From Eledone cirrhosa (Eukaryota), in contig OZ024763.1 of the NCBI GenBank assembly GCA_964016885.1, positions 16,368,001 to 16,432,000 of the forward strand: a DNA stretch of 64,000 nt. The letters run 5' to 3'. Made by a program: the position numbers and the translations under genes. The notes beneath the pieces were generated by a model. The model saw only the letters and a list, made by a program, of their open reading frames with translations. It was not told the origin of the DNA and ran no database searches. Position 1 is the stretch's first letter, and every line of letters begins with the position of its first letter. Shown piece after piece: positions 26,354-40,005 of this stretch.

Positions 26354-26406
<53 letters not shown>

Positions 26407-26539
26407 GAATAAATATGCTTTTATAAATATAGTTTCCATTTATTTAATATCATTGTATATATATATATATATATATGTAGGAGGTGATTTAAAACTTCAC
26501 TATTCACAAGTGTTTTTTAACCTTCATATCATGTCTTCC

Positions 26540-26610
26540 TGTTTTATCTGATGAAAACACAAATATTATTGCATGATGATATTTGTTTTTGAAATGCGCA
26601 TAATAAAATA
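26540..26610 (+). ncRNA. Type I hammerhead ribozyme (element 26477-26640 in (TA)n)
   Basis: tgttttat CTGATGA aaac-acaaatattat..atgatatttgt-tttt GAAA tgcgca TA ataaaata; palindromic stem III atgcgcat. Confidence 0.85.
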
Positions 26611-26662
26611 CATGGAACTCTTTTAACCATCTTTTGTTCTTATATATATATATATATATATA

Positions 26663-26850
26663 TAGGAACAAGTATGACCCCGACGGCAGAGCTCATGCCG
26701 TTTCGACGGCTAATTCTGGACGGACGTCGAAACGGCTTGAGCTCTGCTGTCGGGGTCATACTTGTTCCTATTACCCACTCTACTACCCTAAGTATTGAGT
26801 ACTTTGGTGCATTATGGTCCATCTGGTTCCTTACCACATTTCCTTTGTGA
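26663..26850. mobile_element. Fold-back element family A (palindrome 26663-26770 plus tail)
   Basis: taggaacaagtatgaccccgac...gtcggggtcatacttgttccta; (TA)n on both sides. Confidence 0.8.
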
Positions 26851-26879
26851 TATATATATATATATCTATATATATACAT

Positions 26880-27977
26880 ATATATGCTCAGTATGTAGGA
26901 AAGGTGTAGGTAGGAACTCCATTCTCAAATGCAAACAATGGGTACACAAGAGATGTAGCGAGATCTCAGGAAGCTTAATTAAGAATGTAGGCTTCACATG
27001 CAGCAGCTGTGCTGGGACAGCAAGCAACAAACAGCCACAGGAAACAAGTACCACCAATCTCTGGGAGGGCTCTGTAGAAACAGTAGACAGCTTCTGCTAC
27101 CTAGGTGACCGAATTAGCAGTGGAGGTGGGTGTTCAGAAAGTACAATAACTAGGGTAAGAACGGGATGGAAGAAGTTTAGGGAACTACTACCACTGCTAG
27201 CTGCAAAAGGCTTCTCCCTCAGAATGAAAGGCAGACTGTATGATGCGTGTATCCGAACAGCGATGTTGCATGGTAGTCAGACCTGGGCGCTGAAGGTGGA
27301 AGACTTACGGAGATTAGAGAGAAACGAAGCCTGCATGCTCCGATGGATGTGTAACAGTAATATACGTGAACGACAAAGCATAAATGAATTGAGAGAGAAA
27401 CTGAGCATAAGAGGAATCAAATGCTGTGTGCAGGAGAGGCGGTTGCGCTGGTATGGACATGTGATGCGTATGAAGGATGACAGCTGCATAAAAAGGTGCA
27501 GAGCACTAGAAGTTGATGGAAACCGTGGAGTGGGGAGACCCAAGATGACCTGGGATGAGGTGATAAAAGCCGACCTTACCCAATTACACCTCTCAAAGGT
27601 GATGACACACGACCGTGACCTCTGGAGTCACGCAGTAATACAGAGTACCCGACCTCCCATGGGTACAAGCTGAAGCATATAGGCAATATGCCCCCACATC
27701 ACCCACCGCAAGGTGGTCGTGGAGGTGCCACGGCCAAAAGGCACCCAGCCCCACACTGTAAAGTGGACGTGTAGGCGCCACGAAAAAGCACCCAGCACTC
27801 ACTGTAAATGAGGTTGGTGTTAGGAAGGGCATCCAGCTGTAGAAATCAAGCCAGATCAGTTCCCGTATGAGCAAGACAAGGTCAGCCTACCTAACATTGC
27901 TCACAACACGACAACCCATCTAACCCATGCTAGCGTGGAAGAAGGGACATAAAACAGTGATGATGATGATGATGATG
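26880..27977 (+). mobile_element. RTE-clade LINE, 5'-truncated (ORF C-terminus to 27673 plus 3' UTR)
   Basis: CSVCRKGVGRNSI..WVHKRCS, VDSFCYLGD, KGRLYDAC, RRLRWYGHVMRM, GRPKMTW; (gat)n tail. Confidence 0.92.
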
Positions 27978-28096
27978 AAAGGGAATATTTTTGGAACACC
28001 GCGAGTGAAGTTTAGTATTGAAATAGGTTTATATTGTTCGAGTTCAGGAGGGTCATGCTGCCGATAAAAACACATGTACCTCTCGAGTTTCACTTC

Positions 28097-28310
28097 AATT
28101 GGTAGTATCGGTAGTGCATCGGACATCCAGCTAGACGGCATAAAGTTTCAGCCCTTTACCTTCTGAGTTCAAATCCTGCCGAGGTTAGCTTTTCCTTTCA
28201 TCCTCACAGGGTCGATAAAATAAAATACCAGTAACGCACTGGGGGTTGATTTAGTCGACTTATCCCTTCCTCAAACAATGCTGGCCTTGTGCCTAAATCA
28301 GAAACTATTA
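28097..28310 (+). mobile_element. SINE family 1
   Basis: gagttcaaatcc B box; ctttcatcctcacagggtcgataaaataaaataccag. Confidence 0.8.
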
Positions 28311-28499
28311 CTAGGTAACTAATTTTCCATCACTTACTTGACCTCGTCAAGGTAATTGAAAATTTGAAATATTTTTTTTGCTCAAAACACTCACACGACC
28401 ATAAGTATTATAACTGTAAAGTTTGAAAACAATCGGTTGGGTGGTTCTCGAGTTTTAGGGAGACAGACGACAGACATTCTCTGTTTTAGATATATAGAT
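28310..28499 (-). mobile_element. Helitron-like non-autonomous element
   Basis: actag left end, aagtttgaaaacaatcggttg..gttctcgagtt motif, cagac repeats, right end tatatagat. Confidence 0.55.
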
Positions 28500-28534
28500 A
28501 AAGTAATGTGAATGGTAAAGGGTTAAATATGGTT

Positions 28535-29156
28535 CTGTTATTAAACCAACTGGTTATTAATCTAACTGGTTATTAATCTAACTGGTTAGTAAACCACCTG
28601 GTTATTAAACTAACTGGTTACTAAACTAACTGGTTATTAAACTAACTGGTTATTAAACCATCCAGTTATTAAACTAACTTCTTATTAAACTATCCGATTA
28701 TTAAACCATCCAGTTATTAAACTAACTGGTTATTAAACCACCGGTTATTAAACCACCTGGTTATTAAACCATCTGGTTATTAAACCATCCAGTTATTAAA
28801 CTAACTGGTTATTAAACTACCGGTTATTAAACCACCTGGTTATTAAACTAACTGGTTATTAAACCATCTGGTTATTAAACCATCTGGTTATTAAACCATC
28901 TGGTTATTAAACCATCTGGTTATTAAACCATCTGGTTATTAAACCATCTGGTTATTAAACCATCTGGTTATTAAACCATCTGGTTATTGATCCATCCAGT
29001 TATTGATCCATCCAGTTATTGATCCATCCAGTTATTGATCCATCCAGTTATTGATCCATCCAGTTATTAAACCATCTGGCTATTAAACTATCCAGTTATT
29101 AAACCATCTGGTTATTAAACCATCTGGTTATTAAACCATCTGGTTATTAAACCAAC
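28535..29156. repeat. 16-bp minisatellite (ggttattaaaccatct)n
   Basis: Direct reading; resembles catctggttatggaaccaacc in family C. Confidence 0.95.
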
Positions 29157-29623
29157 CCACAGAAACCTCTTAGAATTTGGTTTATTTGTTTTGTCTTTTC
29201 TTTTTTGTTATATTGTCTACTGTTGATATTTTACAGCTTGCTTATTTATCTTTATATTTATTTGTTTATTTAAGTTTTCCTATTAATTCAATAATCTCTC
29301 CTTGTTTTTTTCCCTTCTTCCCTATTGTATTTACTACAAAAATGTATCTGTCTTTTTAAAACCAGTAAAACATAGCAAACATAGACATAACAGAAGATAA
29401 AAAGAACTAATTCCATCATAAAAAAAACAAAAAAAACATCTAGTTATTAATCTAACTGGTTATTAAACTAATTGGTTAGTAAGCTAACTTAACCAATAAT
29501 AATAAATTGAAATGAAACTCAACATGTACATGTTTTTATTGGTAGCATGGCCCTCCCTAACAATATCTGTTTCAACACATGTTTTCACACAAGAAATCTT
29601 GCAAAACAAACAACAAAACGAAT

Positions 29624-29661
<38 letters not shown>

Positions 29662-29797
29662 CAGAAGAGATATTCAATTTGTTGGTAATTCAACAAATAT
29701 AAATGTTTATAACTGATTTAGAGCACTCAACAAGTTTTCTGTGGTATAATATTCAATGATATTAAATAAATGGAAACTATATTTATAAAACCATATT

Positions 29798-29858
29798 TAT
29801 TCTATTATATATATTTCAAGGGTACCAAAATGTTGGTATGTTCTCATCAGATAAAATA
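29798..29858 (-). ncRNA. Type I hammerhead ribozyme
   Basis: Reverse complement: tattttat CTGATGA gaacatacca..tggtaccctt GAAA tatata TA atagaata. Confidence 0.7.
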
Positions 29859-29941
29859 CGAAGTGTGTTTTTATAAATTTTGACATAACCAAGGAGAATA
29901 TACCTTAATGGTTCAAGTTATCCCAGGATAACTTGAACTGT

Positions 29942-31156
29942 TAAGGTATATTCTCCTTGGTATACTATAAGGTATATTCTCCTTGGTATACTATAAGGTA
30001 TATTCTCCTTGGTATACTATAAGGTATATTCTCCTTGGTATACTATAAGGTATATTCTCCTAGGTATACTATAAGGTTTATTCTGCTTGGTATACTATAA
30101 GGTTTATTCTGCTTGGTATACTATAAGGTATATTCTCTTAGGTATACTATAAGGTATATTCTCCTAGGTATACTATAAGGTTTATTCTGCTTGGTATACT
30201 ATAAGGTATATTCTGCTTGGTATGCTATAAGGTATATTCTGCTTGGTATGCTATAAGGTTTATTCTCCTTGGTATACTATAAGGTATATTCTCCTAGGTA
30301 TACTATAAGGTATATTCTCCTTGGTATACTATAAGGTATATTCTCCTTGGTATACTATAAGGTATATTCTCCTAGGTATACTATAAGGTATATTCTCCTA
30401 GGTATACTATAAGGTATATTCTCCTAGGTATACTATAAGGTATATTCTTCTAGGTATACTATAAGGTATATTCTCCTAGGTATACTATAAGGTATATTCT
30501 CCTAGGTATACTATAAGGTATATTCTCCTAGGTATACTATAAGGTATATTCTCCTAGGTATACTATAAGGTATATTCTCCTAGGTATACTATAAGGTATA
30601 TTCTCCTAGGTATACTATAAGGTTTATTCTGCTTGGTATACTATAAGGTATATTCTCTTAGGTATACTATAAGGTATATTCTCTTAGGTATACTATAAGG
30701 TATATTCTCTTAGGTATACTATAAGGTATATTCTCCTAGGTATACTATAAGGTTTATTCTCCTAGGTATACTATAAGGTATATTCTGCTTGGTATACTAT
30801 AAGGTTTATTCTGCTTGGTATACTATAAGGTTTATTCTGCTTGGTATACTATAAGGTATATTCTGCTTGGTATACTATAAGGTATATTCTGCTTGGTATA
30901 CTATAAGGTATATTCTGCTTGGTATACTATAAGGTATATTCTCCTTGGTATGCTATAAGGTATATTCACTTTGGTATACTATAAGGTATATTCCCCTAGG
31001 TATGCTATAAGGTATATTCTCCTAGGTATGCTATAAGGTATATTCTCCTAGGTATGCTATAAGGTATATTCTCCTAGGTATACTATAAGGTATATTCTCC
31101 TTGGTATACTATAAGGTATATTCTCCTAGGTATACTATAAGGTATATTCTCCTTGG
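29942..31156. repeat. 26-bp minisatellite (taaggtatattctccttggtatacta), ~46 copies
   Basis: Period 26 (29942 to 29968). Confidence 0.97.
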
Positions 31157-31287
31157 TTATGTCAAAATTTATAAAACACACTTCGTATTTTATCTGATGA
31201 TAGCGTACCAAAAGTTTTGGTACCCTTCAAATATATATAATAGAATAAATATGGTTTTATAAATATAGTTTCCATTTATTTAATTTC

Positions 31288-31346
<59 letters not shown>

Positions 31347-31869
31347 GTGTGTGTATATATGGGTGTATGTGTGAGTGTGTGCATAAGCGTACATGGCTAC
31401 ACACACATGTATATATACATATACATTGTTTTTCACTCCCTGATGGTCAAGCAAACACACACACACACATATATATGTATATAGTTGGTTTCTTTCAAAC
31501 ACACACACACACACATACATCTACACACACACACACATATGTATATAGTTAGTTTCTTTCACACACACACACACATATATGTATATAGTTGGTTTCTTTC
31601 ACACACACACATCCACACACACACACATGTCTATAGTTGGTTTCTTTCACACACACACATATATATAGTCAGTCTCTGTCAAATACACACACCCACATCC
31701 ACACACATACATATACCAACGCATACACACATATACGCATTACAGAATGAATTACACACGCACACAAGTGTTTTTTCCTTCCCCTCTCTCTCTCATCTCC
31801 CCTCCCACTATCCCTCCCATAGTATCTCTACAAAGCTATAAATTTATTTTTATTTTCCCTCCCCATCTA

Positions 31870-32016
31870 TAAGAGAGAGTGAAAGAGTGTGGGTGTGAGC
31901 TAGAGAAAGAGAGAGAGAGAGAGAGAGAGCGAAAGAGTGTGAGCAAGAAAGAGTGAGTGAAAGAGTGTGAGAGAGAGAGAGAAAGTGTGAGCAAGAAAGA
32001 GTGAGTGAAAGAGTGT

Positions 32017-32047
<31 letters not shown>

Positions 32048-34310
32048 TGTGAGCAAGAAAGAGTGAAAGAGTGTGTGAGAGAGTGAAAGAGTGTGAGAGA
32101 GAGAGAAAGAGTGTGTGAGAGAGAGAGAGAAAGAGTGTGTGAGAGAGAGAGAAAGAGTGTGAGAGAGAGAAAGAGTGTGTGAGAGAGAGTGAAAGAGTGT
32201 GAGAGAGAGAGAAAGAGTGTGTGAGAGAGAGAGAGAAAGAGTGTGTGAGAGAGAGAGAAAGAGTGTGTATGAGTGAAAGTGTATGAGAGAGAGAATGAAA
32301 GAGTGTGTGTGAGAGGGAGGATGAAAGAGTGAGAGAGATGGTGTGTGTGAGAGAGAGAGAGAGGATGAAAGAGTGAGAGATATGGTGTGTGAGAGAGAGA
32401 GAGAGGATGAAAGAGTGAGAGAGATGGTGTGTGTGAGAGAGAGAGAGAGGATGAAAGAGTGAGAGATATGGTGTGTGTGAGAGAGAGAGGATGAAAGAGT
32501 GAGAGAGATGGTGTGTGTGTGAGAGAGAGGGGATGAAAGAGTGAGAGAGATGGTGTGTGTGTGAGAGAGAGAGGATGAAAGAGTGAGAGCAGTGTTTTCT
32601 TGGAGACTGTCTATTTTTATGTCTCTGATCCCCCTCTTCCCCTCCCTGTTTTACCCCCACCTCCACACCTCTACCCACCCCGCCATTGCCAACCCACCCC
32701 CACCACCCTATTCTCTCCCCAGCTTCTACCACCACCACCTCCACCATATCCTCCAGGCCACCACCACCACCACCATCACCACCACCACCACCACCACCAT
32801 ATCCTCCACCACCACGCCACCACCACCACTACACCACCACCACACCACCACTACACCACCACCATACCACCACACCACCACCACACCACCACCACACCAC
32901 TACATCACCACCACCACCGCCACCAACCAGCCAATCAAAGTTATGACAGCAACCAAATGACCCCAAATGACCCACAAACTGACCATTTTTATTATTCATC
33001 ACACTTCTCTCTTTCTCTCTCCCTCCCCCCTCCCACTTGATTGTACCACTGCCACCACCACCCCAACCATCATTACCAACACCTTCATTACCACCATCAT
33101 TGCCACCACCACCACCACCACAACAACAAACACCACCACCACTATCACAAACACTATCACCACCACCACAAACACTACCACCACCACCACCATCACTATC
33201 ACAACACTACCACCACCACCACCACTATCACAACACTACCACCACCACCACTATCACAGACACCACCACCACCACTATCACCACCACCATCACAACACTA
33301 CCACCACCACTATCACAACACTACCACCACCACCACCACTATCACAGACACCACCACCACAACAAACACTACCATCACCACCATCACCACCACAACAACA
33401 AACACTACCACCACCACTATCACAGACACCACCACCACAACAAACACTACCACCACCACCACCACTATCATTACCACCACAACAAACACTGCCACCAGCA
33501 CTATGACAAACACTAAAAACACCACCACAGACACCAAAAGAACAACCCTCACCACCCTACTCCCCCAAAGTCACCCCTCCCCTCTACTTACCACTAGTAG
33601 AGTAGTTGAAGTATTGGTAGTAGTTGTAGTAGTGGTTGTGGTAGTAGTAGTGGTTGTGGTAGTAGTGGTGGTAGTTGTAGTAGTGGTGGTAGTAGTAGTA
33701 GTGGTAGTTGTGGTAGTGGTGGTGGTGGTGGTGGTGGTAGTTGTAGTAGTGGTGGTAATAGTAGTAGTGGTGGTAGTAGTTATAGTATTGGTAGTAGTAG
33801 TTGTGGTAGTAGTGGTGGTGGTGGTAGTGGTGGGGGTAGTGGTGGTGGTAGTAGTGGTGGTAGTAGTAGTTGTGGTGGTAGTAGTAGTAGTGGTGGTAGT
33901 AGTAGTAGTGGTAGTAGTTGTGGTGGTAGTAGTGGTGGTGGTGGTAGTAGTAGTGGTGGTAGTAGTTGTGGTATTGGTAGTAGTGGTGGTAGTAGTAGTG
34001 GTTGTGGTAGTAGTAGTAGTAGTTGTAGTAGTGGTGGTGGTAGTTGTAGTAGTAGTAGTTGTGGTGGTGGTAGTTGTAGTAGTAGTAGTTGTGGTGGTGG
34101 TGGTAGTAGTAGTGGTGGTAGTAGTAGTAGTTGTGGTGGTGGTAGTAGTAGTAACTGTGAATAAGTTAACTGCCAGTAGGAAGTCAATCAATGAAACTGT
34201 GTGTGTATGTGTGTGTATATTGTGTGTGTATGTGTGTGTATATTGTGTGTATATTGTGATTGCATGTATGTGTTTATGTATGTATATGTGTATATAAGTA
34301 TGTGTGTAAG
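31870..34310. repeat. (GA/GT)n, (CAC)n, (GTA/GTG)n microsatellite fields
   Basis: Direct reading. Confidence 0.95.
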
Positions 34311-34477
34311 TCTATGTGAGACTAGTTTAATACAAGAGAGCTAAAGTCATACATCAACCCTTTTGATATCAAACCATCTGAAACTGCCCCTAAATTTATG
34401 ATAGCAAACTCCCCTTTTTAATATCTTGATCCCTAAATGGTATTGAAACCTTTCATCATCATTTAACTCTTTAACAT

Positions 34478-35444
34478 TTAACCCTTTAGCATTTAAACCG
34501 GCCATAACCGACCAAAATTCTCCCACCTCTTTCTGCCCAAACCAGCTGTAATTGGTTGCTCATACTGCTGTTAAGGTATTGTTCTCAAAATAAATAAATA
34601 TCAAAATCTCATAGGTTTGATATTATGTGAGATAATTATGTGAAGTAAAGTGTTTGCCATGAAAATACAATAGTAAATATAGAGTAATGTAAATACTAAA
34701 GGGTTAAACCGGCTGTTACCAGTCAGAATTCTCCCACCTCTTTCTGTTCCAACTGTCTTTAATTGGCCACTCATACTGCTGTTAAGGTATTGTTCTCAAA
34801 ATAAATAATATCAAAATTTCATAGGTTTGATATTATGTGAGATAATTATGTGAAGTAAAGTGTTTGCTATGAAAATACAATAGTAAATATAGAGTAATGT
34901 AAATACTAAAGGGTTAAACCGGCTGTTACCAGTCAGAATTCTCCCACCTCTTTCTGTTCCAACTGTCTTTAATTGGCCACTCATACTGCTGTTAAGGTAT
35001 TGTTCTCAAAATAAATAATATCAAAATTTCATAGGTTTGATATTATGTGAGATAATTATGTGAAGTAAAGTGTTTGCCATGAAAATATAATAGTAAATAT
35101 AGAGTAATGTAAATACTAAAGGGTTAATGTCCACTTTCCCTGCGAGCAAGGGCTTGACAGGTCTTCACAGACAGTCAGTACTGAAGTGGGGCTACTGATC
35201 TCCCAGAAAGGCGGGATCTGCATCTCTCTTAACTCTTTAGCATTTAAACCGGCCATATCTGGCCAGAATTCTCTCATCTCTTTCTGTTGTAACCGGCCAC
35301 TCATACTGATGTTAAGGTATTGTTCTCAAAATAAATATCAAAATCTCATAGGTTCGATATTATGTGAGATAATTATGTGAAGTAAAGCCTTTTCTGTGAA
35401 AATACAATAGTAAATATAGAGTAATGTGAATGCTAAAGGGTTAA
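34478..35444. mobile_element. Tandem TTAA-flanked MITEs (piggyBac-like ends), four ~200-230-bp units
   Basis: ttaa-ccctttagcatt ... aatRctaaaggg-ttaa termini; further inverted copy at ~37525-37691. Confidence 0.65.
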
Positions 35445-35479
35445 ATATGGTTCTGCATTCTACTGAGTGTATTTTATCA

Positions 35480-36050
35480 TGGCATTAGTACTAGACAGGT
35501 TGTCATGTCTTTTGACACAACTGGAGGGTCTACACAACTCTTTGTTTGACAAGCTTTCTACAGCTGGATACCCTTCCTATCACCAACCACTTTACAGAGT
35601 TTGTGTAGGCCAACAACACTTAGAAGGAAGGTTGTCATGTACTTGACACAACTGAAGAGGCTCTCCAACTCATTATTTGGCAAGATTTCTACAGCTGGAT
35701 GCCCTTCCTATGACCAACCAATCTGCAGATCGTACTAGATGTGTTTATCGTATAGATCACCAACACCAGGGAGGTTGTCATGTCCTTGTCACAACTGAAG
35801 GGTCTTCCCAATCCTTTGTTTGGAAAGCTTTCTATGATTGGATACCCTTCTTATCACCAACCACTTTACAGAGTGTACTGGGTGTGTTGATTGTGTAGGC
35901 CACCAACATTAGGAAGATTGCCATGTTCCTGACACAACTGAAGGATCTCCCCAACTCTTTATTTGACAAGTTTTCTACAGCTGGATGCCCTTCCTATCAC
36001 CAACCACTTTACAGAGTGTACTGGGTGTGTTTATTGTGTAGATCACTAAC
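35480..36050 (-). repeat. Degenerate tandem of RTE/SINE-tail-derived units
   Basis: Four repeats of ttctacagctggatRcccttcctatcaccaacc. Confidence 0.7.
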
Positions 36051-36527
36051 ACTAATGGTTTATATGATAAATATACTTCCTAATTTTATTTTAGAAAATT
36101 TTCTAAATTTTTCCTTAAGTAATGTTCTAAATAGCTTATTAATGAAAAGCGTAATTATTTTATTAAATTTCTCCAATTTTTTAAAAATTATTTTCAGAAT
36201 CAATTAACCTTCAGTCCCAGCAAGGTAAGAATTATCCACATGACTTCTTAAACAATTATTAACCCTTTTGACACCAAACTACTTAAAACTGTTCTTGTAT
36301 TTATGGTACAAAACTGGTCATTTTGAAATGTTTATCCTTATATTATAAATTATTTTAACCCTTTTGACACCAAACAACCCAAAACTGCCCCTGAATTTAT
36401 GATAGAAAACTTAATTTTAAAATGTTTATACTTGTATTAAAACCTTCCACCATAATTTTATTTCAGAAAAATCAAATCCATTTATGATACAAAACTGTCC
36501 ATTTTAAGATATTTATCCTCATATTTT

Positions 36528-36870
36528 GAAGGCACATGGCTTAGTGGTCAGAGCATTGGGCTTGCAATTGAGAGGTTGTGAGTTCGTTTCTCGGATCGGG
36601 CGATGTGTTGTGTCCTTGAGCAAGACACTTTATTTCACATTACTCCAGTTTACTCAGCTGTTGAAATGAGTTGTGATGTCACTGGTGCCAAGCTATATTG
36701 GCCATAGCCTTTCCCTTGGACATCATAGGTGATGTGGAGAGGAGAGACTGGTATGCATGGGGGACTGCTGGTCTTCCACAAAACAAACCTTGCCCAGACT
36801 TGTACCTTGGAGGGAAACTTTCTAGGTTCAAAACCCTGGTCATTCGTGACCAAGTGGGGCCTTCGCCTTC
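36528..36870 (+). mobile_element. SINE with family 2 head and a different 3' tail
   Basis: Head matches 14941-15085 up to gaaatgag, then unrelated sequence. Confidence 0.8.
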
Positions 36871-38109
36871 ATATTAAAACATTATTTTAACCCTTTTCAT
36901 ATCAACTCACCGAAACTGATCCAAGATTGGTGACACAATGCTGCTTGTAATAAAATGTTTATACTCATATTAAAACCTCCCGTCATAATTTTATTTTAGA
37001 CATTTTTGTTAAGTAATGTTCTAAATATCAGTTTATTAATGGAAATCTTAAATTAAATCTATTTATGATACAAAACTGGTCATTAAAAATTGTTTATCCT
37101 TATATTAAACTTTATTTTAACCCTTTTTATACCAAACCACCTGAAACATATTTCGAGGTCGACAAAACAAGTACCAGTCTAATACTGGGGTTGATTCTTT
37201 CTCACTTCCTCTACTTCTCTGGAAGAAGTCTATTGTATTCAGACCTGGAGAGGAGATGGGCTTTGTCCAAGAAACACCAAATGTCCAAGAAACACCTCTC
37301 CTATGACTACATCAGGAGTGACGAGTTCATAGATTCATACACACATACATTCATATATACATACGTACATACACACATACTTTCATAGCATACACACACA
37401 CACATACATACATCTTAAAATGTTTTTCCTTATATTAAAACTTTATTTTAACCCGTTTAATACCAAACCAACTGAAACTGTCCCTGAATTTATGATACAT
37501 TATTGTATTTTCAAGGTAAAGGCTCCTCACATATTTATCTCACATAATATCGAATCTATGAGATTTTGATATTATTTATTTTGAGAAAAATACCTTAACA
37601 TCAGTATGAGTGGCCAGTTACAGTTGGTTTGAACGGAAAGAGGTGAGGGAATTCTGGTCAGATATGGCCAGTTTAAATACTAAAGGATTAAAATGTTTAT
37701 CCTTGTGTTAAAAGATCCCATAATGATTTTATTTTAGAAATTTTCTTTAAGTAATCTTCTAAATGTCAGCTCATTAATGAAAGCTTTGTTATTTTATTGA
37801 ATTTTTCAAAATTTTTGGTCTTTTTCTTTGCCCCATTATTCCCAAATGGGGTCATGGCGGACAGGGTCCTCAGATATGCCCTCCAGAGGGTCCTATCAGA
37901 AACAACTGTACCTCCAAATGATCCAAATAGATCCCTAAGTTAGACCAACTGAGCTTATGGATGGCATCCAACCACCTTGCTTGAGGTCCATCTTGGGTTC
38001 TCCTGGACGTGGAGGAGGAGGGGGGGGGACTGTCTATATGTGTGCGCGTGTGTGTGAATTTATATGTGTTTATATATAACCAATACCATCCCCATCAACA
38101 CTGCCAACA

Positions 38110-40005
38110 CAGTGTATATGCATGTGTATATATGTATGTGTATATATGTATGTGTCAGCTTACATATATGTTTATATGTATATGTAAGTTTACACGTGTA
38201 TATATGTATGTGTATATATGTATGTGTCAGCTTCCATATATGTTTATATGTATATGTAAGTTTACATGTATGTATATATGCATATGTATATATGTATGTG
38301 TATATATGTATGTGTCAGCTTACATATATGTTTATATGTAAGTTTACATGTATGTATATGCATGTGTATATATGTATGTGTCAGCTTACATATATGTTTA
38401 TATGTATATGTAAGTTTACATGTATGTATATGCATGTGTATATATGTATGTGTCAGCTTACATATATGTTTATATGTAAGTTTACATGTATGTATATGCA
38501 TGTGTATATATGTATGTGTCAGCTTACATATGTGTTTATATGTATATGTAAGTTTACACGTGTGTATATGCATGTGTATATATGTATGTGTATATATGTA
38601 TGTGTCAGTTTCCATATATGTTTATATGTATATGTAAGTTTACATGTATGTATATATGCATGTGTATATATGTATGTGTATATATGTAGGTGTCAGCTTC
38701 CATATATGTTTATATGTATATGTAAGTTTACACGTGTATATATGCATGTGTATATATGTATGTGTCAGTTTACATATGTGTTTATATGTATATGTAAGTT
38801 TACATGTATGTATATGCATGTGTATATATGTATGTGTCAGCTTACATATATGTTTATATGTATATGTAAGTTTACATGTGTGTATATGCATGTGTATATA
38901 TGTATGTGTCAGCTTACATATATGTTTATATGTATATGTAAGTTTACACGTGTGTATATGCATGTGTATATATGTATGTGTATATATGTATGTGTCAGCT
39001 TCCATATATGTTTATATGTATATGTAAGTTTACACGTGTATATATGTATGTGTCAGTTTACATATGTGTTTATATGTATATGTAAGTTTACACGTGTATA
39101 TATGCATGTGTATATATGTATGTGTATATATGTATGTGTCAGTTTCCATATATGTTTATATGTATATGTAAGTTTACATGTATGTATATATGCATGTGTA
39201 TATATGTATGTGTATATATGTATGTGTCAGCTTCCATATATGTTTATATGTATATGTAAGTTTACATGTGTGTATATGCATGTGTATATATGTATGTGTC
39301 AGTTTCCATATATGTTTATATGTAAATTTACATGTGTGTATATATGCATGTGTATATATGTATGTGTCAGTTTCCATATATGTTTATATGTATATGTAAA
39401 TTTACATGTATGTATATATGCATGTATGTATATATGCATGTGTATATATGTATGTGTCAGTTTCCATATATGTTTATATGTATATGTAAATTTACATGTA
39501 TGTATATATGCATGTATGTATATATGCATGTGTATATATGTATGTGTCAGCTTACATATATGTTTATATGTATATGTAAATTTACATGTATGTATATATG
39601 CATGTATGTATATATGCATGTGTATATATGTATGTGTCAGCTTACATATATGTTTATATGTATATGTAAATTTACATGTATGTATATATGCATGTATGTA
39701 TATATGCATGTGTATATATGTATGTGTCAGTTTCCATATATGTTTATATGTAAGTTTACATGCATGTGTATATATGTATGTGTATATATGCATGTGTATA
39801 TATGCATGTGTATATATGTATGTGTATATATGTATGTGTATATATATATGTGTCAGTTTCCATATATGTTTATATGTAAGTTTACATGCATGTGTATATA
39901 TGTATGTGTATATATGCATGTGTATATATGCATGTGTATATATGCATGTGTATATATGTATGTGTATATATGCATGTGAATATATGCATGTGTCAGTTTC
40001 CATAT
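38110..40005. repeat. Compound ~55-85-bp satellite (gtgtcagcttacatatatgtttatatg..taagtttacatg) in TA/TG matrix
   Basis: Direct reading. Confidence 0.95.

Larger units (their letters stand above)
29660..31290. mobile_element. Palindromic HHR element (E/F-related) with an internal 26-bp satellite
   Basis: Tail 29660-29750, left arm to the centre gttatcccaggataac (~29926), right arm resumes at ~31157; right HHR has CAAA. Confidence 0.85.
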
